A stretch of DNA of 64,000 nucleotides from Macrostomum lignano (taxonomy: Eukaryota), in NCBI GenBank assembly GCA_002269645.1, contig NIVC01001187.1:384203-448202 (forward strand), given 5' to 3'. The position numbers and the translations under genes were made by a program. The notes below the pieces were generated by a model. That model searched no databases and was not told the DNA's origin. It saw only the letters and a program-made list of their open reading frames with translations. Below, piece after piece: positions 37,970 to 49,900 of this stretch (positions within the stretch are counted from its first letter, which is position 1; the number at the start of each line of letters is the position of its first letter).

Positions 37970-38155
37970 AAAATGGTGAACGAGTGAATCGCATATGGTG
38001 AATGAGTGGATCGAAGATGGTGAATGAGTGGATCGCATATGGTGAATCAGTGAATCGAAGATGGTGAATTAGTGAATCGAAGCTAATGAATGAGTGAATC
38101 GAAGATGGTGAATTAGTGAATCGAAGATGGTGAATTAGTGAATCAAAAATGGTGA
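37970..38155. repeat. ~22-bp repeat (GTGAATCGAAGATGGTGAATTA), probably in the stomatin 3' UTR
   Basis: About 8 degenerate copies. Confidence 0.75.
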
Positions 38156-38322
38156 AAATGGAAAATTGATTCCACCTGGAGAAGCTGGACAAAGTCACGG
38201 AAGTGCTGACCCAGGCACAACCTCATCATTTTTGCGCCTGTTCCATATTAAAATCTATTTTACTAATCCTGGTACTCGCCCCGCTTGTCATTTAAAATTT
38301 TGTTAATCTGTTTCACATAAAC

Positions 38323-38328
38323 AATAAA
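38323..38328 (+). promoter_or_regulatory. Candidate poly(A) signal of the stomatin gene
   Basis: AATAAA 693 nt after the stop, followed by T-rich sequence; no transcript evidence. Confidence 0.35.
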
Positions 38329-38644
38329 ATTTTCTTTAGCTGAGCAAAATCTCTTTTTCTGTACAAAGAGCCCGCGAGCCTGAATCGGCATCAGATTAAG
38401 TAACGCGCTTCATCACTTTGCAGCTTCTCAATTTCATTTCACAATTTTAATTTAACGGCGAAACTCGTAAATACATTGCGATTTGAGGGGTCAATAGCTC
38501 AACTCCATTTCATGTGCGGTTATTAACTGATCAGTTGGACACCACAGCACCGGGTTGATCCCTCAAATCACTGAGCCGGAAATCTCGCTTTAAATTTTCT
38601 GCTGTCAGTTCGATTTTGTTTCTTCTCGTATAAAACCAGGTTTT

Positions 38645-39070
38645 CAGGTTGTCAGATGTCAGATTTTCGGATGGTCAGGTTGTCAGATGTCAGATTTTCG
38701 GATGGTCAGGTTGTCAGATGTCAGATTTTCGGATGGTCAGGTTGTCAGATGTCGGATTTTCGGATGGTCAGGTTGTCAAATGGTCAGATAGATTGTCAAA
38801 TAGTCAGATAGGTTGTCAGTTATCAGATAGGTTGTCAGTTATCAGATAGGTTGTCAGTTATCAGATAGGTTATCAGTTATCAGATAGGTTGTCAGTTATC
38901 AGATAGGTTGTCAGGTTGTCGGATGGTCAGGTTGTCAAATGGTCAGACAGGTTGTCAAATGGTCAGACAGGTTGTCAAATGGTCAGACAGGTTGTCAAAT
39001 GGTCAGACAGGTTGTCAAATGGTCAGACAGGTTGTCAAATGGTCAGACAGGTTGTCAGGTTGTCAGACAG
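38645..39070. repeat. Compound 31-/19-/20-bp repeat with core GGTTGTCA
   Basis: Three unit types in succession, between stomatin and the CNB-like gene. Confidence 0.85.
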
Positions 39071-39364
39071 TCATATTGCCAAATTGTCAGACTGTCAGAT
39101 TGCTAACCTGTCAGACTAGAAGACTGTTCATAGCCGCAGTCTCAGTGATGAAGCATGCAGTTCTAAAAATAGCATCTGAATTTAAGCGTTTCCTCTGAAG
39201 GTCATAAAAAGCGCTGAGTGGGATGCGGCTACCCGAGTGTCTATGGCAGTCAGTGCGCCGGCTTCATTGCTGCTTTTTGCTCGAATTTTTTGCAATCTGT
39301 AATTCTTTCCGGCTTCTAAACGAATTCGGTCGAAAAAGTTTGAGATCAGATTAGCTAGCCGGCA

Positions 39365-41484
39365 ATGGAGAGCCGGCTCATCGACTGCACCCACCAGGAC
39401 GCCCTGAAGGAGTTCCTGCTGCTGTTCGGAGTGATTGACAGGCTGCCGATGACCTGCCACCTGGACTGCTACGCCAAGTGCTGCCTGGTGAAGCACAGCT
39501 TCGTGAAGCGGCGGCTGCCTGCGCACTGCCTGCTGCTGTGCAGCGGCTGCCCCATGGACTCAATGTTTGTGCTCATCAACGGCCAGCTAGAGGTGCTGGC
39601 TCTGGCTGGTAGGCCGTCACCTGGCTGCGCCTTCTGTCTGCCCTTCATCCGCCTATCCGCCCATTCATCCTCCCCTTCAGCCCCTTCATCTTTCCTTTCA
39701 TCTTCCCTTCATTCTCCCTTCATGCGTCTCTTCATCCGCCCCTTCAACCGCCCCTTCAACCGCCCCTTAACCGCCCTTCAACCGCCCCTTTAACAACCCC
39801 TTCAACCGATCCTTCAACCCCCTCTTCAACCGCCCCATCAACCGCCCCTTCAATCGCTCCTTCAACCGCCCCTTTTAACCGACCCTTCAATCGCCCCTTC
39901 AACAACCCCTTCAACCGCCCTTCAACCGCCCCTTTAACAGCCCCTTCAACCCCCTTCAACCGCCCCTTTAACTACCCCTTCAACCCCCTCTTCAACCGCC
40001 CCATCAACCGCCCCCTTCAACCGCTCCTTCAACCGCCCCTTTTAACCGACATTTCAATCGCCCATTCAACAACCCCTTCAACCGCCCTTCAACCGCCCCT
40101 TCAACCGCCCCATCAACCGCCCCTTTAACAACCCCTTGAACCGACTTTTCAACCGCCCCTTCACCCGCCCGGCTACCGCAGGCACCAGCCAGCGAGTACC
40201 CGATGCGGACCCGCTGGACCCAGCAAGAGCGGTGCGCCTGACCGAGTTCCGAGACGACTGCGTCATCGGGGTGGAGTGCCTGAGCTCGGCCGGCATCGTG
40301 TCGCCCGTGACGGTCCGCGCGGTCACGGACTGCATTCTGTACGAGCTGAAGCGGCAGGATTATCACGCCATGATCCGGAGCCTCACCTGCGGCATGGAGC
40401 ACAAGATGGCGGTGCTGCTGAGGCTGGCCCACCTGCCCAAGACGTGGCACATTGTCCGCAGCAGTCTGTACGACGAGATGACCCTGCTGGAGAAGTACAA
40501 CGCCGCGCACGCCATCGTCAGGCGGCTGGTGGTCAAGAAGGAGGTGCTGCTGCGGCAGAGCCAGGACCCCGGGGCGCTGGTCATGATTGAGAAGGGCTCG
40601 CTGCAGGTGCGGCCGGGACTGGCGCCTGGAGACTGGGAATGAGGCAGAGGGACATAATGACGTGAGCTGGGGTAGAGCGGGAGAGGTATTGGAACAATTG
40701 GGGTGAGAGAGAAGGAGGGGAAGGCTGAGGGAAAGGGGGGAAAGACAACAGGGGAGGAAGTGAAAGACAGAGGGGAGGGAGGGGAAGTGAAAGACAGAGG
40801 GGAGGGAGGGGAAGTGAAAGACAGAGGGGAGGGAGGGGAAGGCAGAGGAGAGGGAGGGGAAGGCAGAGGAGAGGGAGGGGAAGGCAGAGGAGAGGGAGGG
40901 GAAGGCAGAGGAGAGGGAGGGGAAGGCAGAGGAGAGGGAGGGGAAGGCAGAGGAGAGGGAGGGGAAGGCAGAGGAGAGGGAGGGGAAGGCAGAGGAGAGG
41001 GAGGGGAAGGCAGAGGAGAGGGAGGGAAGGCAGAGGAGAGGGAGGGGAAGGCAGAGGAGAGGGAGGGGAAGGCAGAGGAGAGGGAGGGGAAGGCAGAGAA
41101 GAGGGAGGGGAAGGCAGAGGGGACGGCAGGCTGAGCCTCTCCCCTCCCCGGCAGATCAGGTACTACAAGCGCGGCGCGGGCGGGAAGATCACAGAGGCGA
41201 AGGTGAACCTGAGCGACGGCAGCGTGTTCGGCTTCAAGAATTTCTACAGCCACATCCTGTGCCTGGGCCAGCAGCTGGGCAGGGGCGGTCGGCTTGGGCA
41301 GCAGTACAGCAGCCTGGTGCTGCCGGGCCTGGTGATCCAGGCCAGGGCCCTGGAGATCTCCGAGGTGGTGCTGCTGGACGCTGAGCTGTTCATCCGGTAC
41401 AGCAGGCGAGATCCGGGCTGCGTGATCCGCAGCCTGCTGTCTGGCGACCAGTTCGCGCGGGTGCACGACATCCGGCTGAACTGA
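39365..41484 (+). CDS. Protein with two degenerate cyclic-nucleotide-binding (CAP_ED-like) domains, 332 aa, 3 exons; may lack an upstream exon
   Basis: join(39365..39608,40182..40606,41155..41484) = 999 nt; GT-AG, phases 1 and 0 match; strong C/G-ending codon bias. Domain 1 follows the CNB fold pattern (RRLPAHCLLLCSGCPMDSMFVLINGQLEV...VIGVECL...VTVRAVTDCILYELKRQDY); domain 2 (EVLLRQSQDPGALVMIEKGSLQI...NLSDGSVFG...ARALEISEVVLLDAELF). Fold call is by motif recognition only. Confidence 0.75.
39730..40165. repeat. 11-12-bp repeat (AACCGCCCCTTC)
   Basis: Fills most of intron 1 of the CNB-like gene. Confidence 0.85.
40745..41122. repeat. 21-bp polypurine repeat (GGGGAAGGCAGAGGAGAGGGA)
   Basis: Fills most of intron 2 of the CNB-like gene. 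Confidence 0.9.
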
Positions 41485-41579
41485 TCGAGGCTTCGGGACG
41501 CCTGTGCGAGGCGGCGGCTGTTCGGCGTCCGCGTGCCGGACACAGCTGGACAAGTTTTCCAATCTGTGAAAAATTTTCC

Positions 41580-42435
41580 CAGATTTTCCCCAACTTCCCC
41601 GAATTCCCCAACTCCCCCTGAATTCCCTAACTCCCCCTGAATTCCCCAACTTCCCCCTGAATTCCCCAACTCCCCTGAATTCCCCAACTTCCCCCTAAAT
41701 TCCCTAACTTCCCCTGAATTCCCCAACTTCCCCTGAATTCCCCAACTCCCCCGAATTCCCCAACTCCCCTGAATTCCCCAACTCCCCTGAATTCCCCAAC
41801 TCCCCCGAATTCCCCAACTCCCCTGAATTCCCCAACTCCCCTGAATTCCCCAACTCCCCTGAATTCCCCAATTCCCCTGAATTCCCTAACTCCCCTGAAT
41901 TCCCCAACTCCCCCGAATTCCTCAACTCCCCTGAATTCCCCAACTCCCCTGATTTCCCCAACTCCCCTGAATTCCTCAACTCCACTGAATTCCCCATCTC
42001 CCCTGAATTCCCCAACTCCCCTGAATTCCCCAACTCCCCCGAATTCCCCAACTCCCCTGAATTCCCCAACTCCACTGAATTCCCCAACTCAACTGAATTC
42101 CCCAACTCCCCTGAATTCCCCAACTCCCCTGAATTCCCCATCTCCCCTGAATTCCCCAACTCCACTGAATTCCCTAACTCCCCTGAATTCCCCAACTCCC
42201 CGAATTCCCCAACTCCCCTGAATTCCCCAACTCCCCTGAATTCCCCATCTCCCCTGAATTCCCCAACTCCACTGAATTCTTTAACTCCCCCGAATTCCCC
42301 AACTCCCCGAATTCCCCAACTCCCCTGAATTCCCCAACTCCCCTGAATTCCCCAACTCCCCTGAATTCCCCAACTCCACTGAATTCCATAACTCCCCCGA
42401 ATTCCCCAACTCCCCTGAATTCCCCAACTTCGCCG
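41580..42435. repeat. 18-bp repeat (GAATTCCCCAACTCCCCT), about 47 copies
   Basis: Starts about 100 nt after the CNB-like gene stop. Confidence 0.92.
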
Positions 42436-43424
42436 AACCCTCCAAATTCTGTAAAGTTGAATTGGACTTCTTTAAGCTCTTCAAGTTGCTATAAAAGTCC
42501 AGAAGCAGACAGATCCAAGAATTCTGAAAACGCCATGATGTTGAGCACATTAAAGCTACGTGACAAGTCTGTAGAGATGATTCCGCATGTTTTCAACAAG
42601 ATTGATTATGTCTGCCGCAAATCGGCCAGCCTGGCTTGTCATCTGCATTATATTTGTTTTAATCAGTAATTCAAAAACTAGTAAATAATTAATTAGGGAT
42701 CGGATTAAGGGAGGGAGAGTTAAAAAAACAAACAGAAGTGAACCTTGAGGCAAATAAGGCCAAGGCAGGGCATGTACAACAGGCGAGTCGAAGCGGCATG
42801 TCGGTCTGAGTTCAAACAGAAGTGGAGAATGAGCTGCGAGTAGCAGATGATGGGGTGGTGCAGGCTTCTCTCGTGTTAGGGAAGGTCACTCTTAGTTCAC
42901 TCCGGTACGTGTACGTGCTGACAGCTGCTAAAAATTACTGCGAGTAGTTAAAACAAAAACAAAAATAAATAAATCAAACACACGATAAAAAGCGGAAAGG
43001 AAAATCTGTATTAGCTACTCATAGTATAGTAATAGTTTTATTCGCGTAGAGAACGAACTAGTTTATCGCATGGGTATCTACTGCTAGTATAAAATTTGTC
43101 TAAGCGAGAGACTTCAGTCACGGATGACATGGAGCAAACCAACAGTTATAAGAAAACGATTTTGTCAGTAGTATGGTGCGACTGTTTCACTGAAATTGTA
43201 CTGTAAATAAAGCAAATCTGTGTCTAGTTTTGTTAAAGTACATCTGAGGCGCCAATTTTCGTATCGAGTAGCAGGGTTATTCCCGTGTCTGGAGGGCAGG
43301 AGAGGGAGCAATCAAAAGGAGGTTTTGCTTTGAATTCAACAAAGGCTACAAAATCTAATTTTTGTCCCTAATTCGGAAGCTGCTAAAAATAATTAGGAAT
43401 CGTAGGGGTGCCATAGAAAACAGT

Positions 43425-43930
43425 GAAACCAGCCAATTAGGGGTGGGTGGCTTAGAACCAGCTAATCAGAAGCCGAAGGGGTGGGTGGCTCAGAACCAGC
43501 CAATCAGAAGCCAAAGGGTATACGGGTGACTCAGAACCAGCCAATCAGAAGTCGAATGGTATGTGGGGTGACTCAGAACCAGCCAATCAGAAGCCGAAGG
43601 GTATACGGGTGACTCAGAACCAGCCAATCAGAAGCCGAAGGGTATGTGGGGTGACTCAGAACCAGCCAATCAGAAACTGAAGGGTATACGGGTGACTCAG
43701 AACCAGCCAATCAGAAACTGAAGGGTATGTTGGGGTGACTCAGAACCAGCCAATCAGAAGCCGAAGGGTATACGGGTGACTCAGAACCAGCCAATCAGAA
43801 ACTGAAGGGTATACGGGTGACTCAGAATCAGCCAATTAGAAGCCGAAGGGTATACGGGGTGACTCAGAACCAGCCAATCAGAAACTGAAGGGTATGTTGG
43901 GATGACTCAGAACCAGCCAATCAGAAGCCG
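43425..43930. repeat. 41-43-bp repeat (GACTCAGAACCAGCCAATCAGAAGCCGAAGGGTATACGGGT), about 12 copies
   Basis: The last unit overlaps the NCX stop codon. Confidence 0.9.
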
Positions 43931-46900
43931 TCAATGTAGCAATAATTCTCAAGCGAGGACACTAGAATGTAGGTGCCCCAGAGGCTGAAGAAGGCCATGG
44001 CGGTGGCTATCTTGGCTGGCCGGGGGCCGCCCAGCTCCCCGCCGATGGGCTTGAGGCGGCGCAGCAGCATGATGATGACGGCCAGGAAGGCCTCGGCGCA
44101 GAACAGAGTGACGGAGAAGCCGAGGGAGCCGGCATGCACCGTGAACTCGCTATCGATGGACCAGTGATAGATGGCCGCGATGGACCAGGCCACACCGATG
44201 CCAAGGAAGACGTTCACCGCGTTGCTGCCCGTCACGTTGCCCACCGAGCTGTCGGCGTAGGCGTCGCCGATGGCTGCCACCTTCGAGGCAAAAGTGTCTG
44301 CGGGAGGGGATTTTTATTAGATTATTAGAGGCAGGGGGGTTGTGTGCACCCTGGCGCACTTTAAGCGACATTGGCGCACAACCGGCGAGAGGCATTACTG
44401 CCCATTCCGCCGACTCCCCTGAGCAGGCATACAAGCGCGCTGATACGTACGCAGGCACACACTCACACAGGAGTGTACAGCGGCCCTAACTTTATTTTAA
44501 CGTTAGGCATGTACACTTCACTGCGCCTTGGGGGGTTGGCTCTCAAGGCCGTTAATTGCACGAGCAGAGCCAAGACGAGATTCCAATTCAGCCCCAAATT
44601 AATGTGACTGCACTTGGAATCGAGCCTGGGTCGCTGGCACACCAGAGCAGCTGCGCTACCGCTGGGCTACGGCCCCCCGCGGGAGGGGATTGTTGTTTTG
44701 AATAGTTTAGAGCACTGCTTTGAGCACTGCTTTGAGCACTGCTTTGAGCACTGCTTTGAGCACTGCTTTGAGCACTGCTTTGAGCACTGCTTTGAGCACT
44801 GCTTTGAGCACTGCTTTGAGCACTGCTTTGAGCAATGCTTTGAGCAATGCTTTGAGCAATGCTTTGAGCACTGCTTTGAGCACTGTTTTGAGCACTGATT
44901 TGAGCACTGCTTTGAGCACTGCTTTGAGCAATGCTTTAAGCAATGCTTTGAGCAATGCTTTGAGCACTGCTTTAGCACTGCTTTAGCACTGCTTTGAGTA
45001 CTGCTTTGAGCACTGCTTTGAGCAATGCTTTGAGTACTACTTCGAGCTCTGTTTAAAGCACTACTACTTCAAAGTCAGAAGTCACACAGCTGTCACTCAC
45101 CTGGAAGGCTGGTGCCGAGAGCGACAAAGGTGATGGCTGTCACGGCGTCCGTCAGACCCACTGTGCAGCCAAAGCTGGACGCCAAGTCCCCGATGACAGC
45201 TGTGAGCATGCCGATGACCGTGATTGACACGTTGAAGCAGAGCCAGCCGCCGGCATAATCTGCGGAGCGGATTAAGGAGCAAAAGACGGACATTTCATCG
45301 CCGCCGCAAATCAAAGGCGTGTCCATTTCGCTGACACCTGGATTCGTGCGCAGTCGCGTGCTCACACGGGGTGTACAGGGGTCCTGACTTTCTCATCATC
45401 CACAGGCATTTCGTACTCTTTCTCTGTGCCTTCGAACCCGCGCTCGCCCCCTTTTCGTTGAAGCTTTGGACTTTGATCTTCTAACAGGAAGAAGCATGGA
45501 CACAGGCACAAAAATCCCCTTTTCCCATCTCCACCCCAGCCTCCCGCCATCCTTCATCATGCATCTTAAATTGAAAAGAGAATGTAAATTCAAAACGGGA
45601 ATGGCATAGCAATCGATGGTAGCCCATTGTGCCCCAACAAGGCACTCAATTCTATTATTTTATTTTTCTTTTTTCCTTCCGTTGTAAAGAGATGCAGCCG
45701 GGAGTCTGGGATATGGGGAGTCGATCCGCCTATCGATAAGCGATAAGAGCTCCGTGATGCTGGGCATGCTGGGGGGGGGTAACACAAAACAGCAATCCGA
45801 GCTCTCTCTGGCAAAAATTGATTTTTTACAAATCAAACCTTGGAATCTGCAGCATGCAATTTTAATATTCCCATCCAGACCCGGATATTCCCAGATGGCA
45901 AGCCTCATCAATGCATCTCCACAGCCCCCACTCACGCTTCGAAATCCTCACACCCTCCCCACACCCTGCTCACACCCTCATCTCACCCTCCTCTCACCCT
46001 CCTCTCACCCTCCTCATATCCCTCCTCAATATCCATCCTCACACCCTCCTCATATCCCTCCTCAATATCCATCCTCACACCCTCCTCATACGCTGCTCAC
46101 CAGTGGGAGGCACAAAAGCGAACAGCAGCTTCCAGAAGATGGTGAGGAAGTGCATGATGTAGTCTCCACAGGAGGGCAGCTTCTCTTCTCCATCACCTGT
46201 GCCGTCTCCTTCGTCCTCGTTGCCATCTCCTGAAAACGGTGGATTTTAGAAATTTGCACTCGTCCAACTCCTAGGATCAGGCCAAGAACTCGATTCGAAT
46301 GGAGTACGGACTCACCCGCGCTAACAGTGATGGCCTCAATGAACTGCTCCTTCCAGGAGGAGGTGCCCACAACCAGTGACAGGTTGGCCTTCTTCAGCAT
46401 TCTGTCTACCGTGTTCTGCAGGGGGGGGGGTTGTGGGCTTGGGGTGCTCTGACATTTTGGTACCCACGCCACACAGCCCCTCACCCACCCCACAGCCCCT
46501 CACCCACCCTACAGCCCCTCACCCACCACACAGCCCCTCACCCACCCCACAGCCCCTCACCCACCCTACAGCCCCTCACCCACCACACAGCCCCTCACCC
46601 ACCCCACAGCCCCTTACCCACCACACAGCCCCTCACCCACCCCACAGCCCCTCACCCACCACACAGCCCTCACCCACCACACAGCCCCTCACCCACCACA
46701 CAGCCCCTCACCCACCACACAGCCCCTCACCCACCACACAGCCCCTCACCCACCACACAGCCCCTCACCCACCCCACAGCCCCTCACCCACCCCACAGCC
46801 CCTCACCCACCTCACAGCCCCTCACCCACCTCACAGCCCCTCACCCACCCCACAGCCCCTCACCCACCCCACAGCCCCTCACCCACCTCACAGCCCTCAC

Positions 46901-49900
46901 CCACCCCACAGCCCCTCACCCACCCCACAGCCCCTCACCCACCTCACAGCCCCTCACCCACCCCACAGCCCCTCACCCACCCCACAGCCCCTCACCCACC
47001 TCACAGCCCCTCACCCACCCCAGTCACCCACCCCAGTCACCCACCCCAGTCACCCACCCCATCACCCACCTTGAACTCCACGCTCTCCACAATGTTCACT
47101 TTAACTCTGGTCAACTCCCCCAGCCTGGGCCGGCCGGCCATCTCAGTCTCAGCGCAGTCGACGTCCTCCTCGAGATGGGGGCCTGCGGGCGAGCGCCAAG
47201 GCGGGCTGGTTGGCTATTCCAAGCAGAAATGAGCCCAAGTTCAAGCGACCCCCGGCGCTGCTGTGTAATTAACGGGCAACAAACCAAAGCTGAAGCTGCG
47301 GGCGAAGACAGGCTGCGCTGTGCCGGAAGTTCTGCTGGCTGAGGGGCGCAACAGGCCGGCCAGATGATGGGGCAAAGTCAACGGCTCAGCAAAGTCCCAC
47401 ACAGACAGACACACGCGCAGGGGAGGCTGGGGAAGCCAAAAAAGCGGGAGGGGGATAACAAGCGAAGGAATTCCCCAGAGGATAATTTTCCAAGTTTTCT
47501 CCCGGACACTTCCTTGGCAGAAAGGATTTCCAGAAATAAGATTGACGCCCGGCCAAGACAGGCGCGGAGGCTGGACAGCGATGAAGATGATGATGCTGAT
47601 GAGGTCAGGCGTGACGCGCGGGTTTATGGGAAGAAAAGTCCAGTCCGTGTCGGCACCCCTGGACTTAATGAAGAAGATGTTCCAGGCGGGGGCGGTGCCC
47701 GGCACTCCCGGAGCTCTAATTACCTGGCCTCAAGACCAGACTAAAATAACAAAATAAATGCAAACGGAAAAGCTTCCGGTCGGTTTTGTTAAAGTGCAAA
47801 ACTTCGGTAGAGACTGGCTTAATGACTGCATGCGCGTCAATAATGCTTTGTTAGTCAATTTTAGTCAATGGATTAACAACGGTACAACATTCGGGTGGCA
47901 ACAGAATGCAACAACAACAAATGACTCTGGCAGAGGGACTGAACTGATGGAACAGGCTGGGTTCAATAATGCAGTTCCCATTTGCCATCACCACAGTCTG
48001 GCATTGACAATGTTCAAAGACGTGCAAACTTTTTAGCGAGATGGAAGCGTCCACTTGACTGAGGCTTCGGGATCTGATTTGGCTCAAGGACTACCATAAC
48101 TATCACAAATTACACCTGAATGTCATCGCACCTTTCTCGGAATCTTCGCGCCTCTGGCCAGCTGGAGATTCTGCTTTTGTTTGCATTTGATTTTAAGCTG
48201 GATGCTTGCTTGCGGCACTGTAATCCATACTGTAATCCATACTGTATTCCATACTGTATTCCATACTGTATTCCATACTGTATTCCATCCTGTATTCCAT
48301 ACTGTATTCCATCCTGTATTCCATACTGTAATCCATCCTGTATTCCATACTGTATTCCATACTGTATTCCATACTGTATTCCATACTGTAATCCATACTG
48401 TATTCCATACTGTATTCCATACTGTATTCCATACTGTATTCCATACTGTATTCCATACTGTAGTCCATACTGTATTCCATACCGTATTCCATACTGTAGT
48501 CCATACTGTATTCCATACTGTATTCCATACTGTATTCCATACTGTAGTCCATACTGTATTCCATACTGTAATCCATGCCTCAGATGGTGTCTGTTTACTT
48601 CAAAAAATGTCTGTTTATCACAGAGTGTCTGTTTCCTCGGAAGGTGTCTTATTACTCAGAGTGTTTCTGGTTTAGCCTAAAAGGTGTCTGTTTATCTGAG
48701 ATTGTGTCTGTTTATCTCAGATTGTGTCTGCTTTATCTGAGATTGTGTTTGTTTATCTGAGATTGTGTCTGTTTATCTCAGATTGTGTCTGTTTATCTGA
48801 GATCGTGTCTGTTTATCTGAGATTGTGTCTGTTTATCTGAGATCGTGTCTGTTTATCTCAGATTTTGTCTGTTTATCTCAGATTGTGTCTGTTTATCTCA
48901 GATTGTGTCTGCTTTATCTGAGATTGTGTCTGTTTATCTCAGATTTTGTCTGTTTATCTGAGATTGTGTCTGTTTATCTGAGATCGTGTTTGTTTATCTC
49001 AGATTGTGTCTGTTTATCTGAGATCGCATCTGTTTATCTCAGATTGCGTCTGTTCATCTCAGAGTGTGTCTGTTTATGTCAGATTGTGTCTGTTTATCTG
49101 AGATTGTGTCTGTTTATCTGAGATTGTGTCTGTTTATCTCAAACAGACGGTTCTGTCCCGTCAACACGGCTCAGCAGGGGATTCCTTTGAAGCGCCGAGA
49201 AGTGCTCAGCCCCCCCTCCCAAAGAACTGCAGCCTCGGTCCACTCCGATCGAACTCAGTAGAGAACCGGGTTTTCTGCTGCTTTGATCCGAGAACTCTCG
49301 GGCGAGCCCGCACTCCCCCCCCCATCAGCCCCATAAGGTGAACTTTGCTCCGCTCACCGACTTTCTTCATCAGGATTGGCTCGCCCAGCTCCACGAAAAA
49401 GAAGACGTTCTTCTGGTACTCCTCGTAGTCGATGATTCGAACATTGATAAACTGCCTGAAAATTGGGCGGGCGGCAGGCTTGGGAATCAAATCCCATCTA
49501 GAATCCCAGGCGGCTCCCCCGCTCCCCCCAATCTGCACTGAACTCGCGGGGCTTCAGTGATGGATGGCCGGCACGCAGTGACTGACCCGCATTGCTGCCG
49601 CCTACTCGCCGCCTTGAGCCCTCCGGCAGCTTCATCCCCAGCTCCTACCCGAGTTTGTTATTTCTGCTCCTGCCGGGGCGGGCGGGGAGGAGAAAACGGG
49701 AAAAGTGGAAGAGCTGCGGGCGAAAGACGCTGCTTTTGGAATGAGGCGAATTCGCATCGAATGAATGCATGGGGAATCAGCTCGGGCCGACTGCCGCCTC
49801 CCCCTGCCGCACTGCTGCCCAGCCTCAGGAGTCTGCCGCCTCATCTTTCGCCCCACTTTTCCCGGAGCTGGCTCGCATGTTTTTTATTGCTAAGTGAGGC

